Source: Acidobacteriota bacterium (GTDB lineage: Bacteria > Acidobacteriota > Blastocatellia > Pyrinomonadales > Pyrinomonadaceae). Taken from it: DNA of 41,360 nucleotides. Under the pieces are notes generated by a model. The model did no database searches. It was not told the DNA's origin and was given only the letters and a program-made list of their open reading frames with translations. The stretch spans positions 1-41,360 of the forward strand of contig JBKPQV010000637.1 in assembly GCA_046734235.1 (NCBI GenBank), written 5' to 3'. Shown here piece by piece: positions 27,445 to 37,745 of the stretch (the first letter of the stretch is position 1; every line of letters starts with the position of its first letter). Made by a program: the position numbers and the translations under genes.

Positions 27445-28350
27445 ATGCGCAACAAACGCCTTTTAATTGTTTTAGTCGGAGCACTTCTTTTCGGTTTGCT
27501 GGCAGCAGTGTCAGTCAGTCGGTATTTATCGAGTGCTCAAGCCAACACGAAAGAATTCAACCGGGTCACTGTTGCCAAAGTGCCGATTCCCGTGGGTACG
27601 AAGCTCATTCCCGAACAGTTGATGGTGGTCCAATTTTCAAAAGAATCTACACCTGATGGCGCTTTTGAGTCACCAGACAAGCTAGTTGGGCGGGTCGCAG
27701 TAACGAATATTGCTGCGAAAGAACCCGTCACTGAGACAAGACTCGCACCGGAAGGAACGGCCGCTGGATTGTCAGCAATCATCCCCGAGGGTTATCGCGC
27801 GATGACAGTTGGCGTAAACGATGTGGTTGGCATCTCTGGTTTCATCATGCCAGGCACCCTGGTGGACGTTGTTGTCGTGATCGATCCTCAGCAGAGCAAT
27901 GGTGTACAGCAAGGACCCATCTCCAAGATCGTTTTGCAGAACATTAAGGTTCTTGCGAATGGTCAGAACATCGACAAACCAGAAAATCAGCGCGATGCGA
28001 ACAGCGTTAAGTCGGTAACACTCCTCGTTACACCTGAACAAGCAGAGAAGCTCGCTCTCGCATCTAGCGAAGGCAAGCTTCAACTCGTCATGCGCAATTC
28101 AATCGACCAGGGTGACGAACAAACGAAGGGAATCGACAAGCGAGGATTGTTGGGTGGTGATAGGGCTATCCCCGCACCCGAGCCGGGTTCGTTGAAAAGC
28201 GAACAACCGAAGGTAGATCCGAAAGTCACACCACGTCGTGTCCGCGCGGCCGTGGAAGCCAAACCAAGTGCAGCCGCGTCGCCGGCAGCGCCTCGTACAT
28301 CTGTGGAGATGATCGAAGGCGCAAAGAAACGAAGCGTCGATTTCCCGTAA
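27445..28350 (+). CDS. cpaB: Flp pilus assembly protein CpaB/RcpC
   Basis: An N-terminal anchor is followed by a SAF-like segment (VVAKVPIPVGTKL...RVAVTNIAAKEPVTETRL) and an RcpC beta domain (RAMTVGVNDVVGISGFIMPGTLVDVV, LLVTPEQAEKLALASSEGKLQLVMR). Confidence 0.85.
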   Translation: MRNKRLLIVLVGALLFGLLAAVSVSRYLSSAQANTKEFNRVTVAKVPIPVGTKLIPEQLMVVQFSKESTPDGAFESPDKLVGRVAVTNIAAKEPVTETRLAPEGTAAGLSAIIPEGYRAMTVGVNDVVGISGFIMPGTLVDVVVVIDPQQSNGVQQGPISKIVLQNIKVLANGQNIDKPENQRDANSVKSVTLLVTPEQAEKLALASSEGKLQLVMRNSIDQGDEQTKGIDKRGLLGGDRAIPAPEPGSLKSEQPKVDPKVTPRRVRAAVEAKPSAAASPAAPRTSVEMIEGAKKRSVDFP

Positions 28351-28420
28351 AGGTGCATGGAGTGCGTGCGGGAGTTGATTAACTTATTCATCACCAGGAA
28401 GCAAAAGGAGCTAGAGAATC

Positions 28421-29977
28421 ATGCACAGCCGTTCCACGATCACACGCCGGGTCAGTCTGATATTGGCGTCATTGGTCATCGTTCTAATCAGTTCAGTTAC
28501 TCACGCGCAGGAGACCTCCTATAAGGCTTCCTTCAAACAGAATAAGGAAGCTGTTGCGGTCAATGTCCTTGTAGGACAGTCGCGTGTCATTAATTTTGAC
28601 AGACCAGTTGGACGATTCTCCGTTTCAAATCCGGAGATCGCTGAAGCAGTTCTGGTAACTCCTAATCAGGTGCTTGTCAACGGCAAGGGTTTTGGCCAGG
28701 TAAATTTCGTCGCCTGGGAACAAACTGGTGGCGACTATCTCGTGTTCGACGTTTACGTTCGCGCCAATCTTTCTTTGCTCGATTCACAAATGAGGGCGCT
28801 TTTCCCGAAGGATGACATTCGCCTGAGCCAGGCCAATGGCTCGGTTGTTATGTCAGGAAGCGTTTCCGATCCGAAGATCGCAGCACAGGCACAGAGCGTT
28901 GTCGAAGCGGCCGGATTCAAGAGCGTTAATATGCTGGCATCACCAGTAAAAAACATGACGCAAGTGCAGTTGCAGGTTCGCGTGGCGGAGGTCGCCAGAA
29001 ATCGTGCTAGTGACTTAGGACTTTCCTACGCTTACCAGGGTGGTAGCTCCGGTGTCTACGCCAACAGCGGCAATGGTCCGAGCGGATTGGGAAGCGTAAC
29101 CAATAGCGTACTTAACGGATCGCTTTCGAGTGCATTGAATCTTTTTGTGATGGCCGGCAACACGATGAGTATGATTCGAGCCCTCCAGAGTCAGGGTGCG
29201 TTGCGCGAACTAGCCGAGCCAAACCTGATTGCCATGGACGGTGCGCAGGCAAGCTTTCTCGCTGGCGGAGAATTCCCTGTTCCTATCGTCCAGGGAGGAT
29301 CGAACAACTCCGTTACAGTTCAGTTTAAGGAATACGGAGTCCGACTCACCTTCAAACCAACAATCATTGATGAAGATCATATCCGTCTGGAGCTCGAGCC
29401 TGAAGTATCGACAATCGACTTCTCGAACGGTGTCAAGTTTGACGGCTTTTTGATTCCTGGATTGAAAACCCGCCGGGCGAAGACGTCCGTGGAATTGCGT
29501 GATGGCCAATCGTTCGCACTCGCCGGCCTGCTCGACAACAGCGAAACGAAAACACTGTCCAGAGTTCCGGTTTTGGGTGACATTCCTGTATTGGGTTCGC
29601 TCTTTAGATCAAAGTCGTTTCAGAAGAATGAGAGTGAGCTGATGTTCATCGTGACCGCGCAGGTGGTCAAGCCATTGAACCGAGACGATGTTCCACAGAT
29701 GCGTGGCGTCGATGGTCTAAAGAATGGTTCACCATTAGGTGTTGAGCCGAAGGGTGAAGGCATTGACGGTCTAACAGGACACAAGGTTTCGGCCGACAAC
29801 ACTGAGACCACTTCTCCCACCACTACCACTCCTGAAGCACCGAAAGCTTCAGATCCAAAAACAAAGGCGACGGGAACGAGCACCTCGTCTGTTATTGAAG
29901 CCCCCAAAGTGAATCCGGGTTTGCCAGTAGCCAGAACCATTTCACAGCTAAGAGACTCGGGTAGCCTCAGACCATAG
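28421..29977 (+). CDS. cpaC: Tad secretin CpaC/RcpA with a Thr/Pro-rich C-terminal tail
   Basis: After a signal peptide the protein shows an N-terminal pilus-formation domain, a BON-like segment and a secretin core (EPNLIAMDGAQASFLAGGEFPVP, VPVLGDIPVLGSLFRS). Confidence 0.88.
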   Translation: MHSRSTITRRVSLILASLVIVLISSVTHAQETSYKASFKQNKEAVAVNVLVGQSRVINFDRPVGRFSVSNPEIAEAVLVTPNQVLVNGKGFGQVNFVAWEQTGGDYLVFDVYVRANLSLLDSQMRALFPKDDIRLSQANGSVVMSGSVSDPKIAAQAQSVVEAAGFKSVNMLASPVKNMTQVQLQVRVAEVARNRASDLGLSYAYQGGSSGVYANSGNGPSGLGSVTNSVLNGSLSSALNLFVMAGNTMSMIRALQSQGALRELAEPNLIAMDGAQASFLAGGEFPVPIVQGGSNNSVTVQFKEYGVRLTFKPTIIDEDHIRLELEPEVSTIDFSNGVKFDGFLIPGLKTRRAKTSVELRDGQSFALAGLLDNSETKTLSRVPVLGDIPVLGSLFRSKSFQKNESELMFIVTAQVVKPLNRDDVPQMRGVDGLKNGSPLGVEPKGEGIDGLTGHKVSADNTETTSPTTTTPEAPKASDPKTKATGTSTSSVIEAPKVNPGLPVARTISQLRDSGSLRP

Positions 29978-30019
29978 TAAGTCGTTCGTTTCTCAACGAT
30001 GTATGAGGAGGGTAACGCG

Positions 30020-31171
30020 ATGAAAAGGCTAATGAAGAAAACAAGGGGCAAAGGTGAGAGAGGTTCGATCATGGCGTTGTCTGCAGTGGCCATGTTGTCG
30101 ATCCTTCTAGCTGCTGGTTTGGGAGTCGATATCAGCAGGTTCTATCTGGCAAAGAATGAACTCCAGAATGCGGCTGACGCAGCAGCTCTTGCTGCTGCGT
30201 CAGCTTTGAATTCATCCTCCAGTGGCATCTCCAACGCGAAGGCTCGCGCTATTCAGGAGATGAATAAGTACAACTTCAATAACGCAAACGTTTCCATAGC
30301 GGAAGTCAATATTCGTTTCGGGGTTAACTTAGGGTCGACGAACCAGGACTTTACTACGGCCTATAACACTCCAGGCAACATTCGGTTCGTTGAGGTCACC
30401 ACACCACAGGTTGCCATTCCTGTTTCATTCGCCGCGATGGTCCTCGGTGGAAGCAGGAATTTAAGTGCTACAGCAACGGCTGGGTTATCCGTACCGCTCA
30501 ATTCCTTTTGTAACTTCATTCCGTTGTCAGTCATTGACTACGACATTCCTATGGTACCCGGCCAGACCTACACGATACGCGCGGATACCGGCGGTTCACC
30601 ATCACCTGGAAATTATCAAATTCTCGCCGTCGCCGGACCGGGTGGAGTGGACGTTGGGTTTGGTATTGGCGCCGGCGTCGATGCCTGCGCCGCTCCCGGA
30701 GAGACTTATTACGTAGATACAAAGCCGGGGCTCACGGCCGGTAAGGTCAGGACCGGCCTCAACGCCCGCTTCGACGACTACGGCGGTAGCCAGTTGGATC
30801 CATTGAATGAACCTCCTGACACGAATGTCAAAGAGGGCATCACGCACGACCAGTATCTGGCTGCGCGCGATCCACTTAATGCGAATTACCACAGCTCCAC
30901 AATTTACACGGCTGCTTCCCATCCAGGTATTGACGATCGACGAATAGTGCTTATTCCGATTGTTAAGTTAGCTCAATACGACGCCGGACGCGGCACAGTT
31001 CAGTTCGATCGATTTGGCGCTTTTTTTCTAAAGACGAAAGCGGCTGGAGGTAACGGTGGTGAAATGGAAGCCGAGTTTATCGACAACAGATTCGCCGTCG
31101 GCAAAGGTAAGTATATTCCAGGCGGAGCTGTTGGTAATCCCTTAATAGCAACGCCGGTTCTCTACAAATGA
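30020..31171 (+). CDS. tadG: TadG-like pilus assembly protein (Tad_N domain)
   Basis: GERGSIMALSAVAMLSILLAAGLGVDISRFYLAKNELQNAADAAALAAA is the classic TadG N-terminus. I prefer the ATG at 30020, preceded by GAGGAGGG, over the listed 29999. Confidence 0.8.
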   Translation: MKRLMKKTRGKGERGSIMALSAVAMLSILLAAGLGVDISRFYLAKNELQNAADAAALAAASALNSSSSGISNAKARAIQEMNKYNFNNANVSIAEVNIRFGVNLGSTNQDFTTAYNTPGNIRFVEVTTPQVAIPVSFAAMVLGGSRNLSATATAGLSVPLNSFCNFIPLSVIDYDIPMVPGQTYTIRADTGGSPSPGNYQILAVAGPGGVDVGFGIGAGVDACAAPGETYYVDTKPGLTAGKVRTGLNARFDDYGGSQLDPLNEPPDTNVKEGITHDQYLAARDPLNANYHSSTIYTAASHPGIDDRRIVLIPIVKLAQYDAGRGTVQFDRFGAFFLKTKAAGGNGGEMEAEFIDNRFAVGKGKYIPGGAVGNPLIATPVLYK

Positions 31172-31713
31172 GATCGTCTGTCATGCATATAAGACTACGT
31201 AAAATTCGTTTGCTGCGCCGCATTAATCGCAGAGCTGGAATCGCGAGGCTGGCCCGAAATGAGCGTGGTGTACAACTGGCTGAGCTTGCCCTCGTGCTGC
31301 CGTTACTGGTTGTCATGTTTGCAGCAACAGCGGAATTTGGAAGGTATTTTTACGCATACACCACGCTCGCCAAGGGAGCGAGAGCAGGTTCCAGGTATCT
31401 CGCTACTGCTTGTAATAAGAGTTACGAAGACACAAATGCACAGAATCTAGTGGTCTATGGAAACACAGCGGGCACAGGATCCAGGATCCTGACTGGTCTT
31501 GAAACAACCAATATCAGCATTGTGAGAAAGGACGCAGCAGGGAATCCGATGGTGGGTGGTGTTCCGAACACAGTTACTGTGAGCGTAACGGGCTTTAATT
31601 TCCAGCCTGTGTTTGATCTCGGGGGCCTGATGAGAAACAACGGTCTTTCTCTGAATATTGCCCTCAACCCGAGTGTGACGATGCGCTACATGCTCACTAC
31701 GCCCTGCGTCTAG
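31168..31713 (+). CDS. tadE: TadE-like pseudopilin
   Basis: ERG/VQLAELALVLPLLVVMFAATAEFGRYFY is the TadE-family N-terminal motif (G/xxxxE plus a hydrophobic helix). It has an ATGA overlap with tadG, and its start could instead be 31183. Confidence 0.75.
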   Translation: MRSSVMHIRLRKIRLLRRINRRAGIARLARNERGVQLAELALVLPLLVVMFAATAEFGRYFYAYTTLAKGARAGSRYLATACNKSYEDTNAQNLVVYGNTAGTGSRILTGLETTNISIVRKDAAGNPMVGGVPNTVTVSVTGFNFQPVFDLGGLMRNNGLSLNIALNPSVTMRYMLTTPCV

Positions 31714-31724
31714 GAGTAGCCAGA

Positions 31725-32177
31725 ATGAGAACAAGCTCGAAGACAAGATTGAGAAACAGTCAGCGTGGAGCATCGCTGGTTGAATTTACGATAGCAGCAA
31801 CCGTTTTCTTAACTGTGACTTTCGCTGTCCTGGAGTTTGGTCGTGCGCTTTGGGTCTACAACGCACTAGCCGATGCAGCTCGTAAAGGAGCCCGCTATGC
31901 AGTGCTTCATGATGCGAACAGCATCGATGACGTCAAGAGAATGGTTGTGTACGGCAATACGGCGGGCACCGGCAATCCAGTAGTCGATAACCTGAGCACA
32001 ACTAACGTCGATGTCACCTATCCGAATTTTGGTCTAGACCAGGGGACTGTCAGTGTGAGCATCAACAACTATCAGTTTCAATTTGTTCTTCCACTTGTCC
32101 CGGTTTCAATTCAGATGCCGAGTCCTACCACAACCCTTACCGGCGAATCTGCCGGCTTAACCCCGACGGATCTCTAG
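31725..32177 (+). CDS. TadE/TadF-like pseudopilin (second copy)
   Basis: It has the N-terminal motif QRG/ASLVEFTIAATVFLTVTFAVLEFGRALW. It shares VVYGNTAGTG with the preceding protein. Confidence 0.75.
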   Translation: MRTSSKTRLRNSQRGASLVEFTIAATVFLTVTFAVLEFGRALWVYNALADAARKGARYAVLHDANSIDDVKRMVVYGNTAGTGNPVVDNLSTTNVDVTYPNFGLDQGTVSVSINNYQFQFVLPLVPVSIQMPSPTTTLTGESAGLTPTDL

Positions 32178-32207
32178 CCACATCGGCAAGAGAAATAAGG
32201 AAAACAG

Positions 32208-33434
32208 ATGACGCAGCCACTTACATTCGTTGTGCTGAGCACAGATCTCGACAACTTCAAGGCAATCCGAACAGCACTGACGTCCCAACCTGGTGCGCAG
32301 TTGCTTGCAGGCGGCAATGATGCTGACCAGCTCTACGAAGAGATTGTCAGGCTCAAACCTTCAGCGGCAATCATAGCGTTAAGTGAAAATTCACTACCGG
32401 CGCTCAAGTTCATCGAACGACTCGCTGCAGAGTGCCCTTCAACCGCACTTATCTCGGCTGCTCACAACGGGTCACCCGACGTGATCCTCCAAAGCTTGCG
32501 TGCTGGAGCTCGTGAATTCCTGCGTCTTCCCATCAGCAGTGAGGAACTTAGAACAGTACTAGACCGTGTTTCGGCATTCGCCGCGACTCAAGTTCAAACA
32601 CCAAAAAAGAAAGGGAAAATGGTCGCCGTGTTTTCGAGTAAAGGTGGTTGCGGGACGTCATTCGTCGCAACCAATCTTGCGGCCTCCGCGGCTGCTAAAA
32701 CTGTACTGGTGGATCTAAATCTCCAGGCAGGTGACTTGCCACTCTTCCTCGGTGTTGATCCAAAGTATTCGATTGCAGATATGGTGGAAAATCGTGAGCA
32801 ACTCGACGACTCACTGATTTCAAGTTTTGTGACCCCCTATTCATCGCATCTGTCGTTGCTGGCAGCTCCGAAGCAGGCCGACTCAGCAGACGAAATTGAG
32901 CCTGAGCATGTTTTCACCGTCCTTCAACGTCTTCGAGAATCTTACGAGTACGTGGTTATCGATCCACAGCACACCTTCGATTCGATCACACTAGCCGCGC
33001 TCGATCAATCAGATGAAATAGTACTTGTCTTAACGCTCGACATACCGGCGATACGCAGTACGCAACGCGCGCTGGAAATCTTTGATCGTCTCGGCTATCC
33101 GCGCAAAAAGATTCGCATCGTCGTCAATCGATGGAGCAAGCAGATCGATCTTGATTTACGAGAAGTGGAGAAGTTCCTGGGTGAACCCTGCATCGGATTC
33201 ATTCCAAGTGATTACCAGGTGGCAGTCACTTCGATCAACCTCGGACAACCACTTGTCGTTGCCGAACCCGGTTCAAAGATTGCCCAGGAAATCAGAGGTA
33301 TATCTGAACGAATTGCGGTGGGAGTAGTAGAAATCAACGAATCGCAAGCCCGCCGTGGTATCTGGAGTTCATTGTTCAAGAAAGAACCAGCCGCACCGCG
33401 GATCAAGTTTCAAACGTCACTAGAAAAGGTCTAA
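32208..33434 (+). CDS. tadZ: CpaE/TadZ: atypical receiver domain fused to a MinD/ParA-type ATPase
   Basis: The deviant Walker A is [20 protein letters not shown]. The N-terminal REC-like fold has no Asp at the phospho-acceptor position ([10 protein letters not shown]), as is known for TadZ. Confidence 0.85.
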   Translation: MTQPLTFVVLSTDLDNFKAIRTALTSQPGAQLLAGGNDADQLYEEIVRLKPSAAIIALSENSLPALKFIERLAAECPSTALISAAHNGSPDVILQSLRAGAREFLRLPISSEELRTVLDRVSAFAATQVQTPKKKGKMVAVFSSKGGCGTSFVATNLAASAAAKTVLVDLNLQAGDLPLFLGVDPKYSIADMVENREQLDDSLISSFVTPYSSHLSLLAAPKQADSADEIEPEHVFTVLQRLRESYEYVVIDPQHTFDSITLAALDQSDEIVLVLTLDIPAIRSTQRALEIFDRLGYPRKKIRIVVNRWSKQIDLDLREVEKFLGEPCIGFIPSDYQVAVTSINLGQPLVVAEPGSKIAQEIRGISERIAVGVVEINESQARRGIWSSLFKKEPAAPRIKFQTSLEKV

Positions 33435-33465
33435 ACAACGAAAACGGGGTAAACGAGAAACCATT

Positions 33466-34803
33466 ATGGCACTGCGTGAAAGACTAGTTAAAGAAACCGT
33501 CGGCGTTCCAGGAGCAAATGGCACCGGTCCGGACGGAAGCGCAATGAAGTTTCAGGAGATGAAAGCTCGCCTTCATCGAGCCCTCATCAATCGAATGGAT
33601 CTGACTAAGCTGTCCCAGCTTGGGCCAGAGCAAGCGAATGCCGAGGTTTCGCGGTTGGCAGAAAGTGTACTTGCTCAAGAGGGACTCCCTCTTTCAGCGT
33701 CAGAGCGTGAGCGCTTAGTCAACGATGTCCAGCATGAACTTTTCGGACTTGGACCACTCGAGCCATTGCTCGCAGACTCTACGGTTTCTGACATTCTAGT
33801 TAATTCGCATAGCACGATCTATGTTGAGCGACGAGGGAAACTGGAATGGACCAACATAGCCTTTAAGGATGATGAGCATCTGATGCGAGTCATCGAGCGA
33901 ATCGTATCTTCAGTAGGTCGACGAATCGACGAATCCTCGCCAATGGTGGATGCCCGTCTCAAAGACGGGTCGCGCGTCAATGCGATCATTCCGCCACTCG
34001 CTATAGATGGACCAATTCTCTCCATACGCCGGTTCGGATCTGAACCGCTGAAGATGAACAAGCTGATTGAGTACAAAGCGCTTACAAAAGACATCGCCGA
34101 TATGCTGCAGATGTGTGTAAACGCGCGGCTCAACGTATTGATCTCCGGTGGTACAGGTGCCGGCAAAACCACCCTGCTCAATGCTCTATCTGCTTACATC
34201 CCTGAAACCGAGCGAATAGTAACCATTGAAGATTCAGCGGAATTGCAACTACAGCAGCCGCACGTCGTGAGACTGGAAACGAGACCGCCAAACATTGAGG
34301 GTCGCGGAGAAGTGAGCCAGCGCGACTTAGTGAAGAATGCCCTTCGTATGCGACCCGACCGGATCGTAATCGGTGAAGTTCGCGGTGGTGAAGCAATCGA
34401 TATGTTGCAAGCGATGAACACCGGCCACGATGGGAGTTTAACGACAATACACGCCAATACCCCGCGCGACGCTCTGGCCCGTGTTGAAACGATGATTCAA
34501 ATGACCGGGATGCGTTTGTCTGATCGGGCCATGCGCCAGCAGATTGCTTCAGCGCTTGACCTGGTGTTGCAAGTGGCTCGTATGTCCGACGGTTCGCGCC
34601 GGGTTACGTCAATCTCCGAAATCACGGGAATGGAAGGCGACATAATCACAATGCAGGAGATCTTCATGTACGAACGCACTGGCGTGGATCAACATGGCCA
34701 GGTGCTTGGTCGCTTCCGACCCACGGGTATCCGCCCGCGTTTTGCGGATCGACTCAAAGCCTGCGGTATGCAATTACCACGCGTTTTCTTCGAGGAGATG
34801 TAG
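33466..34803 (+). CDS. tadA: CpaF/TadA secretion ATPase
   Basis: It has Walker [17 protein letters not shown], the Asp box TIEDSAEL, Walker [18 protein letters not shown] and the His box [15 protein letters not shown]. Confidence 0.92.
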   Translation: MALRERLVKETVGVPGANGTGPDGSAMKFQEMKARLHRALINRMDLTKLSQLGPEQANAEVSRLAESVLAQEGLPLSASERERLVNDVQHELFGLGPLEPLLADSTVSDILVNSHSTIYVERRGKLEWTNIAFKDDEHLMRVIERIVSSVGRRIDESSPMVDARLKDGSRVNAIIPPLAIDGPILSIRRFGSEPLKMNKLIEYKALTKDIADMLQMCVNARLNVLISGGTGAGKTTLLNALSAYIPETERIVTIEDSAELQLQQPHVVRLETRPPNIEGRGEVSQRDLVKNALRMRPDRIVIGEVRGGEAIDMLQAMNTGHDGSLTTIHANTPRDALARVETMIQMTGMRLSDRAMRQQIASALDLVLQVARMSDGSRRVTSISEITGMEGDIITMQEIFMYERTGVDQHGQVLGRFRPTGIRPRFADRLKACGMQLPRVFFEEM

Positions 34804-34808
34804 ATCGC

Positions 34809-35774
34809 ATGCTGATACCATTTTTAGTATTCCTGTTCGCTCTATTCCTGGTGCTGGGTGCGTTTCTTCTCGCCACCCAGGGTTCTGACACGAAGCGTGC
34901 GCGGCTGCAAAAAAGACTGTCCGAAGCTCTGCTTTATTCATCGCAGACGGAGGACGTAGAAATTGTCCTTGCCCGCACGGAATTGATGAGTGAGATACCC
35001 TTTCTCAATCGCGCGCTCATCAACCTTCAGAGTGCTTTGCATCTGAAAAGGATGTTAGACCAGGCTGACCTCCAGATCACTCCTTCAAAATTGGTCATGT
35101 TTTCGTTAATGGCGGCGATGCTTGCGGCGATGGCTGCAGGAGTTGCCACTGGGATGATTGCGATGATGATTGTGGCGGGGTTGATCACTGCCTCCCTGCC
35201 ATTTCTATATGTTTTGTTCATGCGCAGGAAACGCCTCAACCAATTTCTCGAACTTCTACCAGACGCGCTGGACCTTGTCAGTCGCGCTCTCAGTGCAGGT
35301 CACGCATTTTCGGAGGCTTTGCACATGGTAGCGACGGAAATGCCAGATCCCATTTCCGCTGAGTTTCAAAAGACGTACGAAGAACAGAACCTTGGCCTCT
35401 CACTCAAGTTGGCGTTGGAAAATCTAACTCAAAGAATTCCGCTCCTGGATCTCAAGATGTGCGTTACTGCAATCATGATCCAGCGTGAAACTGGTGGCAA
35501 TCTGGCTGAGATACTGGAAAAGGTTGCTTACACCATTCGCGAACGCTTTCGAATTATGGGCGATCTCAAGACCCTGACCACCAGCTCTCGAATGTCAGCA
35601 TGGTTGCTTTGCGGACTTCCTATAGCGGTCTCGTTAGTTATTACTCTAATGAACCCCGAGTACATGAGTGTTCTTTGGCGAGATCCGAGGGGTCACGTTC
35701 TGATCGCAATAGCCCTCTTTATGCAGTTAACCGGCATGCTAATCGTACGCAAGATTTTGAATATCAAGATTTAA
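34809..35774 (+). CDS. tadB: TadB platform protein (T2SSF family)
   Basis: It has the LPDALDLVSRALSAGHAFSEAL motif and a polytopic architecture. Confidence 0.85.
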   Translation: MLIPFLVFLFALFLVLGAFLLATQGSDTKRARLQKRLSEALLYSSQTEDVEIVLARTELMSEIPFLNRALINLQSALHLKRMLDQADLQITPSKLVMFSLMAAMLAAMAAGVATGMIAMMIVAGLITASLPFLYVLFMRRKRLNQFLELLPDALDLVSRALSAGHAFSEALHMVATEMPDPISAEFQKTYEEQNLGLSLKLALENLTQRIPLLDLKMCVTAIMIQRETGGNLAEILEKVAYTIRERFRIMGDLKTLTTSSRMSAWLLCGLPIAVSLVITLMNPEYMSVLWRDPRGHVLIAIALFMQLTGMLIVRKILNIKI

Positions 35775-35813
35775 CCTGAAGTTATTGAAATTGGACCAGT
35801 CCAGGGACAGCAC

Positions 35814-36746
35814 ATGTTACTAATTATCACCATCTCAACCTTTGTCTGTATCTCGATGGGCGTACTGGGAGTCTATTGGCTTCTCTACCGGCCTCAAAGT
35901 GCGTCCACTGAACGGTTGAAACGACTCAATAGTGGAGCTACGGTGGCTACTGTCACTGCAATGCCGGGTGATGACGGACGGCGTGCTGCCGAAATCGCTG
36001 AGCGCCTGGCGTCACCACTCATGCGACTGGTTCCGCCGTCTGCCGCGGAAGCAAAAAAACTTCAGAAGCAGTTAATGCAAGCCGGATTTCGATCGGAAAA
36101 TGCTCCGATCTTTTATCGCGCAATCCAGCTAGCCGCTCTCGTTTGCTTTCCAGGAATTGTATTGCTTGTTTGCGCTTTTCTTGCGAAGCCGCTTGATAGC
36201 ATGGTGCTCTGGATTTTATCGGCGTTTGTCGTCGGCTTCTTTCTTCCCCGCTATGTATTAAAGAAAATGATTAAATCCCGACAACAGAGAGTTCGTTGGG
36301 GGCTCGCTGATGCGCTGGATTTAATGGTCATATCGGTTGAAGCTGGTCTTGGTCTAAACGCCGCGATGATGAAGGTCAGCAGTGAGTTGATGGAAGTTCA
36401 CCCTGACATCAGTCAGGAATTTGAGCTGGCCAATCTTGAAATAAAAGTAGGACGCGATCGCGAAGAAGCGTTGAGAAATCTTGCTGAGCGCACCGGCGTT
36501 GATGACCTTCACAGTCTGGTAGCAATGCTCATCCAAACCGATCGTTTTGGTACTTCGGTAGCTCGTGCGATCAGAGTTTTCTCGGATTCGCTGCGCACGA
36601 AGCGCCGGCAACGTGCTGAGCAAGCTGCTCAGAAAGCCGCGGTCAAGCTTCTGTTCCCGCTTGCTTGTTTTCTGTTCCCGACATTGTTTATCGCTCTCAT
36701 GGGCCCCGCAGTCCTTCAATTAATTGACACTTTCGGCAAAATGTAA
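35814..36746 (+). CDS. tadC: TadC platform protein (T2SSF family)
   Basis: It has LADALDLMVISVEAGLGLNAAM, and LIQTDRFGTSVARAIRVFSDSLRTKRRQRAEQAAQKAAVKLLFPL. Confidence 0.85.
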   Translation: MLLIITISTFVCISMGVLGVYWLLYRPQSASTERLKRLNSGATVATVTAMPGDDGRRAAEIAERLASPLMRLVPPSAAEAKKLQKQLMQAGFRSENAPIFYRAIQLAALVCFPGIVLLVCAFLAKPLDSMVLWILSAFVVGFFLPRYVLKKMIKSRQQRVRWGLADALDLMVISVEAGLGLNAAMMKVSSELMEVHPDISQEFELANLEIKVGRDREEALRNLAERTGVDDLHSLVAMLIQTDRFGTSVARAIRVFSDSLRTKRRQRAEQAAQKAAVKLLFPLACFLFPTLFIALMGPAVLQLIDTFGKM

Positions 36747-36757
36747 GGAGTTGGACT

Positions 36758-37726
36758 ATGAGTAAAAGAAGACTAATCGCCGCTCTTATTGCTTTTGTAT
36801 TAACTATGGCTGTCACTGGAATGTGGAGCGCTGCAACCATTGAGCGTGAGGGTGATCCGGATGTTAATGCCATCGAAGACTCAGGGTCCTCGGCTGGCAC
36901 CATGAATGAGAAGAAGGGTGGCAACAAGGTTGTGAAGGTTCTTGCCGCCCCGTTTAAGGCTTTCGGCAGATTGTTTGGACGTAATAATGATCGCAAGATC
37001 GAACGAATGTCAGAAAAGGATGCGGAGAAGTTTGAGAGTGTCGGCGTAGCTCGAGTAGAGGACGCGCGCACTGTCGAGGCGAAGAAACTTACATCCACAA
37101 CGGCAAAGGAACATCTTTTAGCAGGTCGAGAGTATTTATTGAGTGGTCGTACCAACGAAGCAATCTCAGAACTTTCTACCGCGGCGTCGCTCGATCCCAA
37201 GCTCACCGAGGCTCATAACCTTCTCGGTGTGGCCTACGACCAAAAAGGAATGGGTGAGAGAGCCAAGGAATCTTACGAGCGGGCAGTAAAGGTTCAGCCG
37301 GAAGATCCGGAAACGCTTAACAACCTGGGATTTTCACTTTACCAAAATGGCAATTACCGCGCTGCAGTCGATCGTTTGAAACGGGCTGTCAAACTTGCAC
37401 CAACAGACGAACGCATACTCAATAATTTGGGTTTGGCTCTTTGTCGGTTAGGAAAATTTGACGATGCTTACAAGAGCTTCGCTCGCGCGACAGGACCACT
37501 CACTGGCAGCTTAAACATGGCCCGAATGCTTGAAAGATTTGGTCGCGAAGATGATGCAATCAAGTACTACGAGGCTGCGCGACAGATCGAGCCAAACAAC
37601 ACCCTTGCCCTACGACGGCTGGTAGATCTTTATGAAAGGGTAGGGAAGTCAGTTGAATCGCAGTCTGCACGCACTGCCCTTTCGTCGGTGTCGAGTGGTG
37701 CGACCGTCGCTAGTATGGAAAAGTAA
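36758..37726 (+). CDS. TadD-like TPR protein
   Basis: An N-terminal anchor is followed by about five TPR units (AHNLLGVAYDQKGMGERAKESYERAVKVQPEDPETLNNLGFSLYQNGNY...). Its position after tadC matches TadD. Confidence 0.7.
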   Translation: MSKRRLIAALIAFVLTMAVTGMWSAATIEREGDPDVNAIEDSGSSAGTMNEKKGGNKVVKVLAAPFKAFGRLFGRNNDRKIERMSEKDAEKFESVGVARVEDARTVEAKKLTSTTAKEHLLAGREYLLSGRTNEAISELSTAASLDPKLTEAHNLLGVAYDQKGMGERAKESYERAVKVQPEDPETLNNLGFSLYQNGNYRAAVDRLKRAVKLAPTDERILNNLGLALCRLGKFDDAYKSFARATGPLTGSLNMARMLERFGREDDAIKYYEAARQIEPNNTLALRRLVDLYERVGKSVESQSARTALSSVSSGATVASMEK

Positions 37727-37745
37727 GTAGAAAAAGGGAACTCAC